From contig OZ176056.1 in the NCBI GenBank assembly GCA_964247055.1, positions 8,928,001 to 8,992,000 of the forward strand: DNA of 64,000 nt, read 5' to 3'. Shown piece by piece: positions 13,001 to 26,740 of this stretch. The stretch's first letter is position 1. Each line of letters begins with the position of its first letter. The DNA comes from Paragordius varius. Lineage: Eukaryota; Animalia; Nematomorpha. Under the pieces are notes generated by a model. The model saw only the letters and a list, made by a program, of their open reading frames with translations. It did no database searches and was not told where the DNA came from. The position numbers were made by a program, and so were the translations under genes.

Positions 13001-14284
13001 ACGATATATTGAAATGTGTGCCATCCATTAAGTCTATAAATGTTAGAATATTTAAACGTTAATTTATAGTAAAAAAATGTTTTTTTAAACGCCCTTTACA
13101 CTAAAATTATAAATATACGGACATAATGTAAAACTAAGATCTTATATATTTTTTTGAAATGAAATACCTTGAGGATTTTTTTTATATAACTCATCGTTTT
13201 GCAAAATGGAGAATAAAACTTTATATTTTAACACATTGTTGGTATTAAATAGGTTATATAAGATAAATCAAAGATTTAAAAAATATAGTTTTATTTTTTG
13301 CAAAAAACATTTGTCTTTTTTCCGTATAATTTAAATTTTTAATGTTAAAATACCTCATAATATTATATATTGAATTATGGTATTAAATAAGGAACAATAT
13401 CTGACCTTTGCGTTCAAAATAATAAAATGCTACACGAATCGCCCTAACTTCAGTTTCTTATACCGGAAAATTATTAATTGGTAGTTTCTCATCTTTATTT
13501 TTTTTTATTGAATATACCATTTACAATTCAAATTCCCCCTTAAACAATCCAAAATCACCCTTGAACAATTCAAATTTACTCTCGAACAATTCAAATTCCT
13601 CAAATATATATGTTTTTTAAGATTAAAAATTACCCATATCTTTAATTATTTTTAGAAAAATTTAAATTTTGTTTAAAATTAAATTAATACTGAAAAAATA
13701 AATTATGCCATAAAGAAATATTTTATATTAGTAATAAATTATATTAGTTAGAAATCGCATAATTTATTTTTTGGGTAAATTTGAATTGTTCGAGGATGAA
13801 TTTGAAGTGTAAATGGTATATTTATTATTTGGGTTTCAACGACAATCGATTTTACAGTAAAGTATGAAATATAAATAAAAGATATCAGGGTTTGAAAATA
13901 TATGGTTGTCTTATGAAAAAAATATTTATCTTTTTTTACTGTATTGCTCAAATCCAATCATCACTGTCAGGCCTGGACAGGTATGCGAGTGTTAAAGCTT
14001 TCACAAACTCTGTTACAAATCTGCCTACCCTTTAATTAAAAAAGAGACGAATTAATTTGTCCAACATCGAAAAGTCAAACAAAAATTATTTTATTTAATA
14101 AATAGTTTCTTCAAAGAAATACCATATGTTTTCGCTATGATCATTGGATATTTACCATATTATATATAAGTTGGTATATCTGTGTATCAAATACGTAGAT
14201 CACACAAAACCAGAATTTAACATTTTTCCCAAAAATAATGAAACTATAATCAATATAATTCTTTATCAGGAGCGTGGCGACGCG

Positions 14285-14315
<31 letters not shown>

Positions 14316-17300
14316 ATCGGTGAGATTTGAGACTTTGGCTAGATCTAATTCATAAGGGTATAAAAGGGCAAATTTTAACGATTCCTAATCAAAATGTTGT
14401 TTTTAATGCATATTTTGGCTATAAGTATTAAAATTGTCAAAAATGGTTGAAACATACTTTCTTTAACAAGTGTGGGTAGAGAACGAGGTATCATGCCAGA
14501 TCCGGGCGCATTAACGCCTAAACACATACAATAAAATCAATTAAAAGATATATATAATAAATATTTTTTAGCCCTAACGAATTTCAGAAAACTTTTAACT
14601 TACCAGAAATTTCAGAATCGTGTTTAACTCCTGACAATTCTGACCCACTAGAAGAATAGTTGGAAGTCCCTGAATGTGAAATTATTTCTGGGTTCCTACC
14701 ATAAAAATAGTTTTGTTCTTCAGCAAGCCACGTCGTTTCAATATTCTCTAAAACGTATTCACTTGTAATGGCGTACAAGTTAATGGACATAATATACATT
14801 TCTTGGGTAAATTGGGTAAAACCAAGATCATACTTTAACTCTACATTGCGCCCATTAACACTTTCTTTATTTATGGTTAAGGTGGAATTCTGTATTTAGG
14901 AATTAAACTAAAATTAAAGTCTTTTGAATAGTAGGTATATAGTCCTATGTAAATTACATACAAATCTTATTTTAAATTTTTTGGGGAAATATTAAGCAAT
15001 AATTAATTTAACAATTTTAAACGAATTCTATGGTCTTTTATGATTTTTTATTTAATCTAAATGTTAGTATGTTTTATATTTTCCTTTGTATTATAGTTAG
15101 TAAAATCAGTTATTTGTTTGAATGGATCTGAGAAATATCATTTTTAAATTTGTTGCAAAATTGTTAAATTAAGGTTTTGCGTTATATATACAGTGCACAA
15201 ATATCTTGGTGAAATATATATATTTTGATAGATAAATCTACGATTATAATAATGCGTTTGATTTTAAGCCTTACGGATAAGTAATAAAATATTTTGCTGA
15301 ATATCGAAAAGTTGCAAAACTAGCCCACATTATATCAAATGAATATTTTTGGTAAGCTATATGGTTGATTCGAAATTACTGCTTTTTGGCTCATATTATT
15401 ATATATTTTGCAATATCTCAGAAATGAATGTCCTAAAAATAAAATTGATACAGTATAAACCTGCATTGTTCTTTATTTGGTTAATGTAATATGTAAGTTT
15501 AATAAACTCAAAAATTAAATATGATTAGGCGGTTATCACATATGACACACTAAAACCGCGCATAAAGTGAAAATCTGTTTAATACCAAAAACAAACCTTA
15601 TTTTTTAATATAAATTTGATTCAATTGATTGTGAATAATCAAAAATCACTGTGGTACTGTGTTAAAAATAACGTCTTAAAAAATCAAAAAATATTTGTAT
15701 TTAATACCTGCAATGTTTTTTGATTCATATAATCAAACGCGTAATATATTGTCGCGTTCGGAATATTCAAAGCATGCATGCTTACATCGCAATTGGGCAA
15801 AACTGTAAAGTTTGGTGGTATTTTATAGTCAATATCGCCTATCATACATATAATATATATATATAATGTATAAAATTTGTTTAATCAAAATATTAGCACA
15901 TTGAGTATAAAGCAAGATTTTTGAAAATATCAATTTTTTACACAAAGCCATCAAATTAAGAAAAAAATTTTGATTTAATAGTTTTCTTAAAATTGAAGAA
16001 AATAGCAAATATGATGTACAATACAATTGAATTAATTAAAATTTAATTATGAATTTATCATCTGGCCCGAAGAAGTTTGTGGGAATAAAACTAAAATAAT
16101 TTAAGGCATGCAGTTTTATCTATTTTAATACAATTTTGTCCCATATTTGAATGTAATCGTATTAAGTTTTTATTTATAAATAGCCCGAAATCAGCTGTTC
16201 CGTTGCTATTTTATAGTTATGCATTTCTATTAAGTGAATATAATTTTGTTTTTAAATAAAAATAACCTAATTTACAATTATTTCACTCTAGGAACGGGTC
16301 TGAATGTTTTTAGTTCTATTTTTATCTTTTATGTTAATAATTCGTTAATTTATATAATTTAAATTATATTTTTAATTTTGGAACATATAAATAAAGCAAA
16401 TATTATATATGTTTATATAACCTTAAACTGTCTGAAAATTTTTCTAAATCTTTTTTATTATATATGCCGATTTTCAACAATTTTGCGTGATTAACTGATA
16501 TGCAAATACCTTTTGTTTAAATTAATTAATATTTCTAATAGCTGAAAAAATGAAGTATCAATATGTAGTTATTATCATGAATTAAATATTTTTGGATAAT
16601 TTTTAGAAAACGATTATTCGATAAGGCCTAAGTAACATTTTTGACACATATTGTTTAATAAATTATACATATTAGTGGTAAAGTATTCATCTTTTTTATT
16701 TAGATAATATTAGCGGGTTTACATCAAAGCTTTTTTAAATAGTTGTTAACCTGTTGTTTGTGAAGCAAGCAATGTGTCATTATCAAGCATTTTGAACCAA
16801 TTTATGTAATTTTTTTCGATGGTAATCGCCTTGAATTCCAACGAATGGTTCCACTTTATGTTTGAATAATAATATGTTATGTTATAAGATATATTTTATA
16901 AATTGTAACTCTTATTTAACAAAATGATCGCGATTTCGGTTTTGGTCGGTCGAAAGATATTAACCGATTTCACTGATACACTAATAATTGAAATTATAAA
17001 GACAAAACGAATATTTTAAAAAAGACAGCTATTTTTAAACTATGATTTTTTGGTACCTATAGTTCTGGGTTCCAAAATATGAAAGAGAGTAAATTTACAC
17101 ATTTAATTATAAATCTTATATAGTTTTATCATATATAACGAAAAAAATTATGTATGAAATATAGCTGTCCGTCCTCCTGTAAAAATATTTATTTTTGCGT
17201 GTTGTCTGTATATATTCAATTTGGAAGTTATGTAATATAGCAACAACTAATAAAAATTTATATATGTAATTATTTAAATATTTGAGGTTCCCCCCCCCAA

Positions 17301-20300
17301 ATATCAGAGTTAAAATAATATAGGCCAACGGAAATCGCTTCAAACCGTGTCCAAAAAAATAGTCAAGCAGCTATTCAAAAAATATTATATTTTGTAACTA
17401 AACCAAAATTCATTTAAATTGTGTCAATAATAAATTAAAATTGTTTAATTTTTAAAAAAAATTTAATTTGCAACTTATTTATACCATTAACAATTTAAAT
17501 TCACCCTAAAACAATTTACATTCCCTCTCAAATAAATTATGTGATTTTTGAGATTAAACATACCTATATTTTAATATATTTTTAAAAAATAAAATTTTGT
17601 TTCAAAAATACTGAAAAAATAATAAAATAAGCCATAAAGATATAATATTTCATATTAATAATGAGGTAATTATTAGTACGAAATAACATAATTTATTTTT
17701 AGGGTGAATTTAAATTTTAAAGGGTGAATTTGAACTCTAAATGGCATATATAATACTATCACATGATATACATATGTTATTTAAAAATGGTTATTCTTAT
17801 AAGCGCCCATAGTCACGTTCATATAGGCAATGTATTGATAACCAGCTAAACCCCAACCCTTATCGCAATATAAAACACCGTTTATATTTTTTAAAAAATT
17901 AATACTAATCCTTTTAACCATTTAAACAATCTTAACTCTACTAATGAGATTTTTACTTTGTGCATAATGCTTTTTGTATCATTCCCAAAAATATTGAGAC
18001 TTTTATGTTGGAATATCAATGAATTTTGAACATCCATTCCCCAAGAAAGATATATAAGGTTGTCCAAATGGGTATTTGACATAAATAGCATATTGTGACC
18101 TAAAATTATAGATAAAAAAGTTTGAATTTTTTTTCAATTTTATAGAAAGCGGTGTAAATACTATAAGTCCTTTCGCTTTTTTCGAAATCTTCTGATTCTA
18201 CAATAATTGTGTAAACAGTATTTGCTCGAAATTGTACTTCAATATGATCCGCCGTTGTCTTAAAAACATAAAGTAAAAATTATGTAGGCTAAAGGTAAAA
18301 ACTAAAAGACATGTTTTTTGAAAAGACAACAATAAAAATATTAAAGTTTTGATTTTTCAATATATAACTCATCTCTTCGGGTGGTATAATAAGTTCTAGA
18401 TTGCTTAATTTTAACCATAAAAAAGTATGGTTGTATTTACATATAAAACATGTCTTTTAGTTTTGGTATAATTTTATTATTACGATTTACTAAAATTTGT
18501 TAGTTTGTAAAAAAAGGTATTTATAAACATACATTATAAGTGACTTTATTAGTTGTTTCATTACTGGTATCTTTCCATGAAATAGTCCATTTGTAATTTG
18601 TTAAAGATTGGTGGATCGTTTTTAGAATCCTGGTTGTAGGGTTATCACTCAAATACAAAACTGATATTTCACCCCTAACTATTATAATAATTAAACTCAT
18701 ATTTAGAAGATGAAAGTCATGTAATTATTATGTTCGCGTTGCGTAAATTTAAAAAAATTACCAAATAAAATCAAAATGCCACCGCAAAAGTATTTTATTT
18801 GCAAAATCTTGGTTGAAAAAAAATGTTTTATTTATTAATTTACCCATATCTATTCGATAAAGGCTTAAATTACAATTTTAAACCAGTGAATATTTATTAA
18901 ATTGGTCATAGATCAATACATAGGTTCTTAATGTTTATATTTTCTAAAAATTTGGCCTTTCATTCATGTTAGGCACAGTCTAATATAAGACCATTTTAGT
19001 ACCAAAATATATCATTGCACCAATTTTTTTAATAATAAAAACTTAAAAACTAAATAACTTTTTATTTAACCATAGATTTAATAAAAAAAACTTAATATAA
19101 AATTTAAAGTATACCCTCATAAAATCGAAGGTTATGTATAAGGGTGTTTTCCTTGTGTTCAACTATAGTTATGTCTACATCCTTTAGCGGGAGCGTAATA
19201 GGTCCCTACAAACACAAAATTATTTTATCAAAAACTTGTTATCTAAAAAAAAGAATATATAAATTTTTTTTTCATTTTGTGATAAATGCAGAGAACCAAT
19301 CCAGTTAAGGAATATGGTTAACAAAAAATTAGATAATCCCTTTTTAATAATTATTTAATTGGATATCCCAATGAAATTTTACCTTTAACCAGACAAATTT
19401 ATTCCCATTCCTTACAAATCACGGTAATAGTTTTAGTAATTTAATAAAATAAATATCTATTAGATAAGGATCATTCTGGACTGACTTATATAACATAAAA
19501 AATAATTTTTCTTTAAAATGATTTGTTTGAATATAAATGTTTAATTTAAGTAATATTTTGTGATCAAAGCTATCATAAAAAGATTTTATATGTTAAAAAT
19601 ATATATAAATTATACATTATCCACACGATGTTGTTTGTGGGAATCTCTTTCCAGAATGTAAAAGCTTGAGTTAATTGCTGTATGTTGTGGTCTCTAAATA
19701 TATTATTATAATATAATTATTTAATCTTCAAAAAAGTGAAGTTAATTGCTAAAAACTGATGGTAATTTTAAGGGGAGTAATTATTTTTTTTAATATATAT
19801 TAAAAATGATTGCATATACTAATTGGGGAATAGCGTTGCATTCTAAAATATTGTTATTGCTGAAATTTAGTATTTATGTAAATTGAAATAAAAAGCTGGT
19901 CTTATTTTTCCCAAAATTTAATAATAATAATAAATTTTTAAATCGGACATGACAATTAATGTTTAAAAATATTGATTATTATGTGGATTTTTTTTTATAA
20001 ATAATCTAGGAGTTTAAAAATTTATGGTTTATTTATCCAATAGATTTTACGAGCGTTTCTTATAAGATTTTTTGGAATTTTTAATTTTTAACATTGTTTA
20101 ATATACTTCATAGGTAAGGGAGCCTTCATTGTCGTACATTTCCATTTCAAATATCACATTAGTTGGTTCTAGTGACACATAATATATAAATTATAAAATA
20201 TTTACAGAATACCATATATTTATAATCCTCAATTCTATTAAATTATTATGTAGCCTAAATTGTATTTAGTATAAATACATGAACCCCTCACAAAAAAACA

Positions 20301-23300
20301 AAAAAAAGCCCAGATGAAAAAAAAACTCCAAACAATGTTGAAAAATATCTTACAGCTACAATATAGACTTTCCAACTTGAGTTATTTGTTAAAATCAAAA
20401 AATACAAAGATTAACAAAATTAAAACATTCTACCAAATATTTGTCTCTATCGAAACTTCACTATTACAAAGTATCTCGATTCCCTGCGATTTGATATATT
20501 TTGAAAATAGCCTATAACTTAATATAAAATTCATTTTATATTCATGTTAAAAAATTTAGCACATCCTTACCGTTTCACCTTTTTGTCCTATTTTACCTTT
20601 TGGGTTGGTTTTATATCCCAGAGCTCAATTTTGTAAATAAAATACAGTTTAGAAAGTTACTTTAGTTAACTTATTATCAAAGATTGTTCGCATGTAGTGG
20701 ATATAAAGTAAATTATACAGTTTTGACTTTTACAGTAATCGGGACAGCACTAAAACACGATTGAGACGATCAGCTGATATTTATTCAAAATATATCAAAT
20801 TCTGATTAAAATGTTTTTTTAACCTTAATCTATTCATTTATCTGTTCCATTATTGATTTAAAAATTTAATAAATAAAAAATGGTCACAAAAAAGTTTATG
20901 CTGATGATTTTTTACAATTTTTAAAAAATATTTTTGCGTAATGCGCCTCAAAGTCTAAAGAAAGCATATTTCTGCTTAATTTAAATGCTTTTAAATATCA
21001 ATCGCTTTTGGAGCTAAAACTACCCAAATAGTAACAGAGTGTTCAATAAAATTCAAAAATAACGTTTTAACACAAATACGATATGTATTCAATTAATAAA
21101 TAGTTTTGTGCATAAATTGTGTCATAAATTTAGATCATGTCTCTAGGTTAAAAAAATATTCAAAAATTATCTGATCAGGTGCGCTTTTTTTCTAACTTCT
21201 CCCTTAAAAAATCATGTTTTTTTACCATCTTTAATTTTCTATCATGTGCCAAACATGAAGATTTTAACAAATAAAAAAATTATACTACTATTTAACTCAT
21301 AAATTTCGATAAAATTTATTGTATAAAATGGCAAAATATGAGATGTATGTGGGTGTAAGCTTTACAATCAATTATATACCATTCATAATTACCCTGGAAA
21401 AATAATTCACTTTTAAACAATTCAAATTTACCCTTAAATTCAAATTCACCCTTAAACAATTAAATTCACCCTAACAATAAATTATGTGTTTTTGGGCAGC
21501 TAATATAACTCATCATTGATATAAAATATATTCTTATAACGTAGTTTATTTTTTCAGTATATATTAATTTTAAACAAACATTTCAATATTAAAATATAGT
21601 ATTTTTTTTAGAGAACATATAATTTACTTTTAGGGTGAATTTGAATTATTCAAGGGTGAACTTGAATTGTTTAAAGGTATATTTGAATTGCTCGAGGGTG
21701 AATTTGAATTGTTCAAGAGTGAATTTGAACTTTAAATGGTATATATTATCCAATTTTAATTAAATAGTTAATAAGGAAATTTAAGGTTTAAAAAGTTTTA
21801 TTTTCCGTTTTATGCTAAATTTTTAGTATACATTTTAATAGTTTCCCCTAATAAAGCATTTATTTAAAGAAAATATTTTTATGGAGGGCCTATAACTTAC
21901 TATAGGTTTGTCTTTCCAATAATGTAGATGTTTTGTAATTCCACAATTCTACTTTATAGGTTGCGTTTGGGATTGTGTGCAGATAAACACTAAATTTTTC
22001 CTGAAAAATTTATAAAATTTAAATTAACAACATTAAATTATTGGGAGCCTATTTTGTTAACATAATAATATATTAAAAAATGTTTGCTGTCAAGAATATG
22101 TTCTATAACCACTTTAAATATTTTATCAAAATAATTACAGTAAAAATTTAAATTATACGGACAAAACGTAATAATACGAAGACAGATATTTTTTCTACAA
22201 GACAGCCATATTTTTTAAACCGTAATTTTTCTAATATAAGCTATTTAGTTACAATTGTAATATATGGAAATGATTGTGTTAATCATTTATATCTCTATTT
22301 CACACTTGGTCAATTAAAACAATATGCTATTTAGAAATAAATCATGATTTGAAAACTATGGTTGTGTTTTAGAAAAAAACATTTGTCTTTATATTTTTAC
22401 GTTTTGTCCGTATAATTTCAGTTTTTACTGTATTTTACAAAAAAAATTTTTGAAAAATAAAATTTTACTTCCTCATTGGATATATAAACTTATTTTCACA
22501 TCAAAAATTTTGTATTTCTGGATATATAAAGTCTTAATTTTTTTAAGTAAGACTATTAAATACGAGACAGTATCATACTTTCTGCGAATATTTGTGTATT
22601 TAAAAACAAAAAACTTACAAAGTAATATATGGCATTGAGTGAGTTAGTTTTATCTTCAACGTAAAGTAAAAGTTTTGATTTCTGATCATGAAAAGCTTCA
22701 GACAAAGTAACTATCGTTGTGTTGTCATTTCGGAAAAAGGCTATTTGGGAGATCGGAGTATGGTTTTTAAAAGGATTGCTACTTCTTGCGGTATCTATAA
22801 ATAAAATAAATAAGAAATGTAAAAATATGGTAAGTAAAGGATTAAAAAATGTTAAATAAATTACTTATAATTTTGGATATGTAACGGTCAGAATCAGTAT
22901 AGATTTGAAAATGATATATGTTATCCCCTGCAATTTGGAATTGGGAATCATTGATATGGCCACTATTGTTCTGTAATGCCAAAAACATAATTTATTTATA
23001 AATCAAATCAAATATTTTAGCCAAAAAAAATTTTCTTATATACCTGACATTTCGGTTTCGAATCACTTTGGATTAGCATCAAAGGTGTAAAACAAATTTT
23101 TTCCCATGCTTCGATTGCGGAAACATTTAAAAATAATTGGAGATACTTTTGATTAGATAACTCAGTCGTATTATTAATAGAATAATAATTTAATTCCATA
23201 GGATAATTTTCAACTATTGCGCCTTTCTGTGCCAATATATCATTAGACATTACACGAGATACATATATTACGACCCAAAGTAAAGGGCTTAAGGTATATA

Positions 23301-23310
23301 AATTTAACAT
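10029..23310 (-). CDS. Orphan secreted/surface glycoprotein (left-arm copy), possibly frameshifted near 11608
   Basis: Inverted copy of 41998-56610. Exon 1 is 23310-23044, and matching ORF fragments lie at 17891-18091, 14584-14799, 11706-11975 and 10029-10259. It lacks 13 nt present in right-arm exon 54688-54778. Confidence 0.6.
12019..12500. mobile_element. MITE family 3 (~450-480 bp, TIR TTACTTTTTGGGGTAGTTTT)
   Basis: Terminal inverted 20-mers at 12019-12038 and 12481-12500. A diverged paralog lies at 20593-21034, sharing GAGCTCAATTTTGTAAATAAAATAC, GGGACAG and CAGCTGA. Mirror copies lie at ~53818-54302 and ~44290-44728. Confidence 0.6.
12604..12770. repeat. ~37-bp-stem hairpin (small MITE-like)
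   Basis: AAGTATACATTGCTAGAAAGTTATAATTATTGCCAA ... TTGGCAATAATTAATACTTTCTAGCAATGTATACTT. The right-arm counterpart (~53640-53720) keeps only one stem arm. Confidence 0.6.
17484..17744. mobile_element. MITE family 2 insertion present only in the left arm
   Basis: It has CCATT...AATGG ends and 21-bp repeats. The mirrored right-arm site (~47550-47565) is an empty (TA)n run. Confidence 0.7.
21379..21739. mobile_element. MITE family 2 (foldback-like): TATA|CCATT...AATGG|TATA with subterminal 21-bp tandem repeats
   Basis: Five units of AGGGTGAATTTGAATTGTTCA-like 21-mers at 21632-21736, with inverted units at the other end. Other copies lie at 13517-13816, 17484-17744 (left arm only), ~34620-34830, 43579-43939, 52572-52880 and ~55500-55880 (right arm only). 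Confidence 0.8.
22138..22430. mobile_element. MITE family 1 (TA|CAGTAAAAA...TTTTTACTG|TA, pogo/Tigger-like), representative copy
   Basis: ~60-70-bp TIRs (CAGTAAAAATTGAAATTATACGGACAAAACGTAAAAATATAAAGACAAAT) with a TA TSD. Other copies lie at 1489-1726, ~13090-13350, 30135-~30418, 33281-33552, ~34050-34320, ~37560-37842, 42889-43178 and ~53050-53300. Confidence 0.85.
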
Positions 23311-24543
23311 GGTTATTTCTGATTTTAAAAAATAGGAAATAAAAAAATTGTTATTATTAATTATTTTTACTACCCTTTATATAATATATATATATGTTAA
23401 ATATCAATACCCTATTTATCAGGTAGCTCAGACGTGTAGTTTTTATTACACTATCTATTATACAGGCGTAAATCAAAGGATACACATTAGAAATAAGGCG
23501 AAACCTAGGTCAGCAATCAATAGCAAAGTAAATGTTTTTAGATTTGTTTTATTGTTAAATTATTCATCAATTTATTTCAGGGCGAAATTATGCAATATAT
23601 TATCATGTTAATATTGTTGATAATAGGTAGTATAAAAAAAATTTGTAATTTTACAGCTCTATAACATATATATTAAATTCGTAATAATAATATTATACGC
23701 CATACAAAGCTGAAACGTATATTATTCGTTACCATCTTAAATAATTTCTACGCAATGGCTAAATGTTATGTTTAATTGAGTAAAAACAAGATAATTAGGT
23801 TATAAAAAACTTGCTTAAATATTTTTTGACATTCAATAAAAGCCGTTTATTATTGAGTTTGCCAATTTTGAGCATTGTAAAGTATGCGTTGATATAAAGT
23901 TAACTATTAATCTGAAAAGTTTATATTTATAAAATTAAATTTTTAGTTTATTTAATTTTGTGTGACATTTTTATAATACATGGATTAAAATTTTAAAAGC
24001 CCTGATATATTTATCCTTGAAAGAAAGTTTTATATGGATTAAAATTTTATTTTCATAAACATCAAAAGAAATAGCCTTATCTAAAGTAATCAGATATTTT
24101 ACACCCTGACGCAATATACTTAGCGTATTTTTTAGATATTTTAGTTGGTATAACACATTACTTAATTATTTATAACCTTATTAGAAACAATTTTGTCCAA
24201 AAAATAGATTAAACTGACACTTAAAAGAAACAAAAATCGAACTTTCAAAACATGATCATACTCTAACTAAAATAACATAAGGTTATTTGGGAGCCCTGTG
24301 GGAAATGGCTATTAGCCTGCGGTAGAGTTTGAGTTTATGGCTGCCTTCATAAGCAAATTCTTCTGTCTGAAACCCGATATGCATAATACGAACAGAAAAT
24401 AAAATTTAAGCAATTAAAAATAGACCAATCTTATTTTTTACCGCAAAATGATCATTTGTTTTACTATTTGGAATTATTTTAACAGAGGCTATTCTCTTAA
24501 ATTCTTTTATAATATTTTGTTTAAATAATATATAGTAAATTTG

Positions 24544-26383
24544 TATTGCGTCTGAAATTTGGAGGTCTAAAAAATATCGTTATGAAATATATTAATTTCG
24601 ATAGGAAAATGTATCAGGATTATCATGCCTTTGGTTTTGGGCCCTTACGAGTCATATAAGAAAGTTAATAACGATTTTAACTTCATACAAGAAATGGCAA
24701 AATTTTCGCACATTTTGTAGAAAAATTTTTGATGTAAGCTAATTGCTTCATTCCAAAAACTAAAATATATCATAAACTACATTTTAAAAGCAAAATAGTA
24801 ATAATATTATATTCAGATTAACTACCCCTAATTCTAGATTCTTCTACTGGGGCAGTTCTCATACAATAAATGTAATAATGCCGTATTTGAACCGTACTTC
24901 AATTATTTTGAGGCATGATGGAAACGCCATAATTACGAATAAATATATCATAAAAACACTTTTTCTATATAAATAATGCTAAATATTCCTATCATCTCAG
25001 AATTTCAATAAAATTCGTTAGTCTTCAAATTAATTTTAAATTGATATTTACCTATATAGCCACGAAAACTAGCGATAGAAATGTTCATCATCACCAAATT
25101 ATGAATAGTGTTTTAATAATATGTTAAAGCAATACAGTTTTCATCCTACCTCAAAATAGATGAAGTAAGCTTCAACAAAATTTAAATTTATAAAGCATTT
25201 TTTTAAAAAATATTTTTAGTTGATATCAAAATTTAGCTTATTTAAAATTTATGGCGCAATCTCAGCATTGCGTTTATCATAACACTTCCATACAACACAT
25301 CCATTTTAATCCTTTGATTCAAATTGGGGTGGTTAGATACCCCTGGCTTAATTAATTTTAAAAACTTGGAATTAATTGTAACTATAGCAGAAGTTTGAAC
25401 TTATATAACACTAATAAATTAAAATATAAAAATCATATAAAAATACTTGATATTACTTGTTCTGAGGTAAAACCAAGGGTATTTTAGCCAACATCACATG
25501 TGTGCAAGCTATACATAAAATGATGCAAAATATACCACTTCGTCTTTTTATATCAATAATGCGATTTTAGCATTTCGATTCAAATTGGTGTATCTAATAC
25601 CCCCAGACTTATAAGTTACGACTCTTAAAAAACTACTGAAGGAAACGGTTTCAATTTAAATTTATGCTTCTATCCTAATAAAAATATAATATCTGAATAA
25701 AATTTTCTTTTGAAAAACAATTTCATAAACTACTTCTATGCTTTTTTTATTTGCAAAATATCGTCTTCATTTAATTTAAAGGGTAAAATTAAAGCTAATT
25801 TTTTATTTAAATTACATCTAACATTGATAGAAATTTAAAAAGCGGTTTATTTTGTATATTTTTCAATTTTATCATTGAGCACATGTCACGTTGACTAAAT
25901 TTTTTAGGCTTAGAATAACAAAACTCAATATTTGCAAAAATGTTGTACAATAAAAATGGCGCATAATTAGTTTGATAATTTAAATATTTTGGCATTTTAA
26001 TGTAATTTTTTTAGGGTGAATCATAAAATTAAATTGTAGTCGTTTTTTTCAGTAGTTTTTAAAATTTCAATTGAAATAACTTTCGGACCCCACATCTGAA
26101 TATTAAATTTTTTAAATATATTGTTTTGATATTTATATGTAGTTTATTGATTAATTTTATTAATTTTTGGAATGAAGCATTTACCTTTCGCCAAAAAAAC
26201 TTTTCTACAAAATGTGCGAAAAATTTGCCATTTTCTTATATAAAGTTAATACAAAAGCGATAATAACTTTATATCACTCGTAAGGGCCAAGACCAAAGGC
26301 ATCATAATATTCCTGGTACACTTTCTTATCGGAATACATATATTTTATCAGGATATTTATACCCCTATATTTCGGACGCAGTG
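24544..26383. mobile_element. Tc1/mariner-like non-autonomous element, ~1.84 kb, with ~300-bp TIRs
   Basis: 24544-~24830 is an inverted repeat of ~26080-26383. The intact end reads TA|CACTGCGTCCGAAATATAGGGG and the decayed end TATTGCGTCTGAAATTTGGAGG. A partial copy lies at ~39570-40736. Superfamily is inferred from the TA flank and CAC/CAG-type terminus only. Confidence 0.6.
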
Positions 26384-26740
26384 TATAGAGCAATTAGCAT
26401 AAAAGTAGTAATAATTCTCTGTATCAAAACCAAAAGCTCAATCATAATTGATAAAGTATATTAATAATAATCCCCCTCCCCGGTTTTGTGCGCAGCGAAG
26501 TACAGTGAACAATGTTTGATAATATATTAATCAATAAACAATTAGTATATATTTAAATTCTTAACTATCATTTATTTTTGTCATATCAAACCATCTGAAA
26601 ATAAATTTTTCTACAAATCTCCACTTTTTCCACTATACAACAAACATGGGCTTGTTTTTAGTAAAATATAAAAATTATATACCATGCGTTTTCTATACCA
26701 TATGCATACACATTTATATATTTACCTTTACACCTGAAAT

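Larger units (their letters stand above)
4652..25600 (+). repeat. Left arm of a >=21-kb inverted segmental duplication
   Basis: ORF pairs recur in mirror order: 4993/63657, 6603/62030, 10259/56380, 11975/54345, 18091/47206, 20314/45007, 23310/41998. Position 4652 pairs with 64000. The inner boundary is approximate. Confidence 0.95.

Noticed and set aside
20314-20517. Short duplicated ORF MKKKLQTML (also 44804-45007)
   Set aside because: It is AT-rich intronic sequence antisense to the orphan gene, and its conservation is explained by the duplication itself.
21632-21736. 21-bp repeats as a CRISPR array
   Set aside because: The units are contiguous with no unique spacers, lie inside a MITE, and are in eukaryotic DNA with no cas genes.
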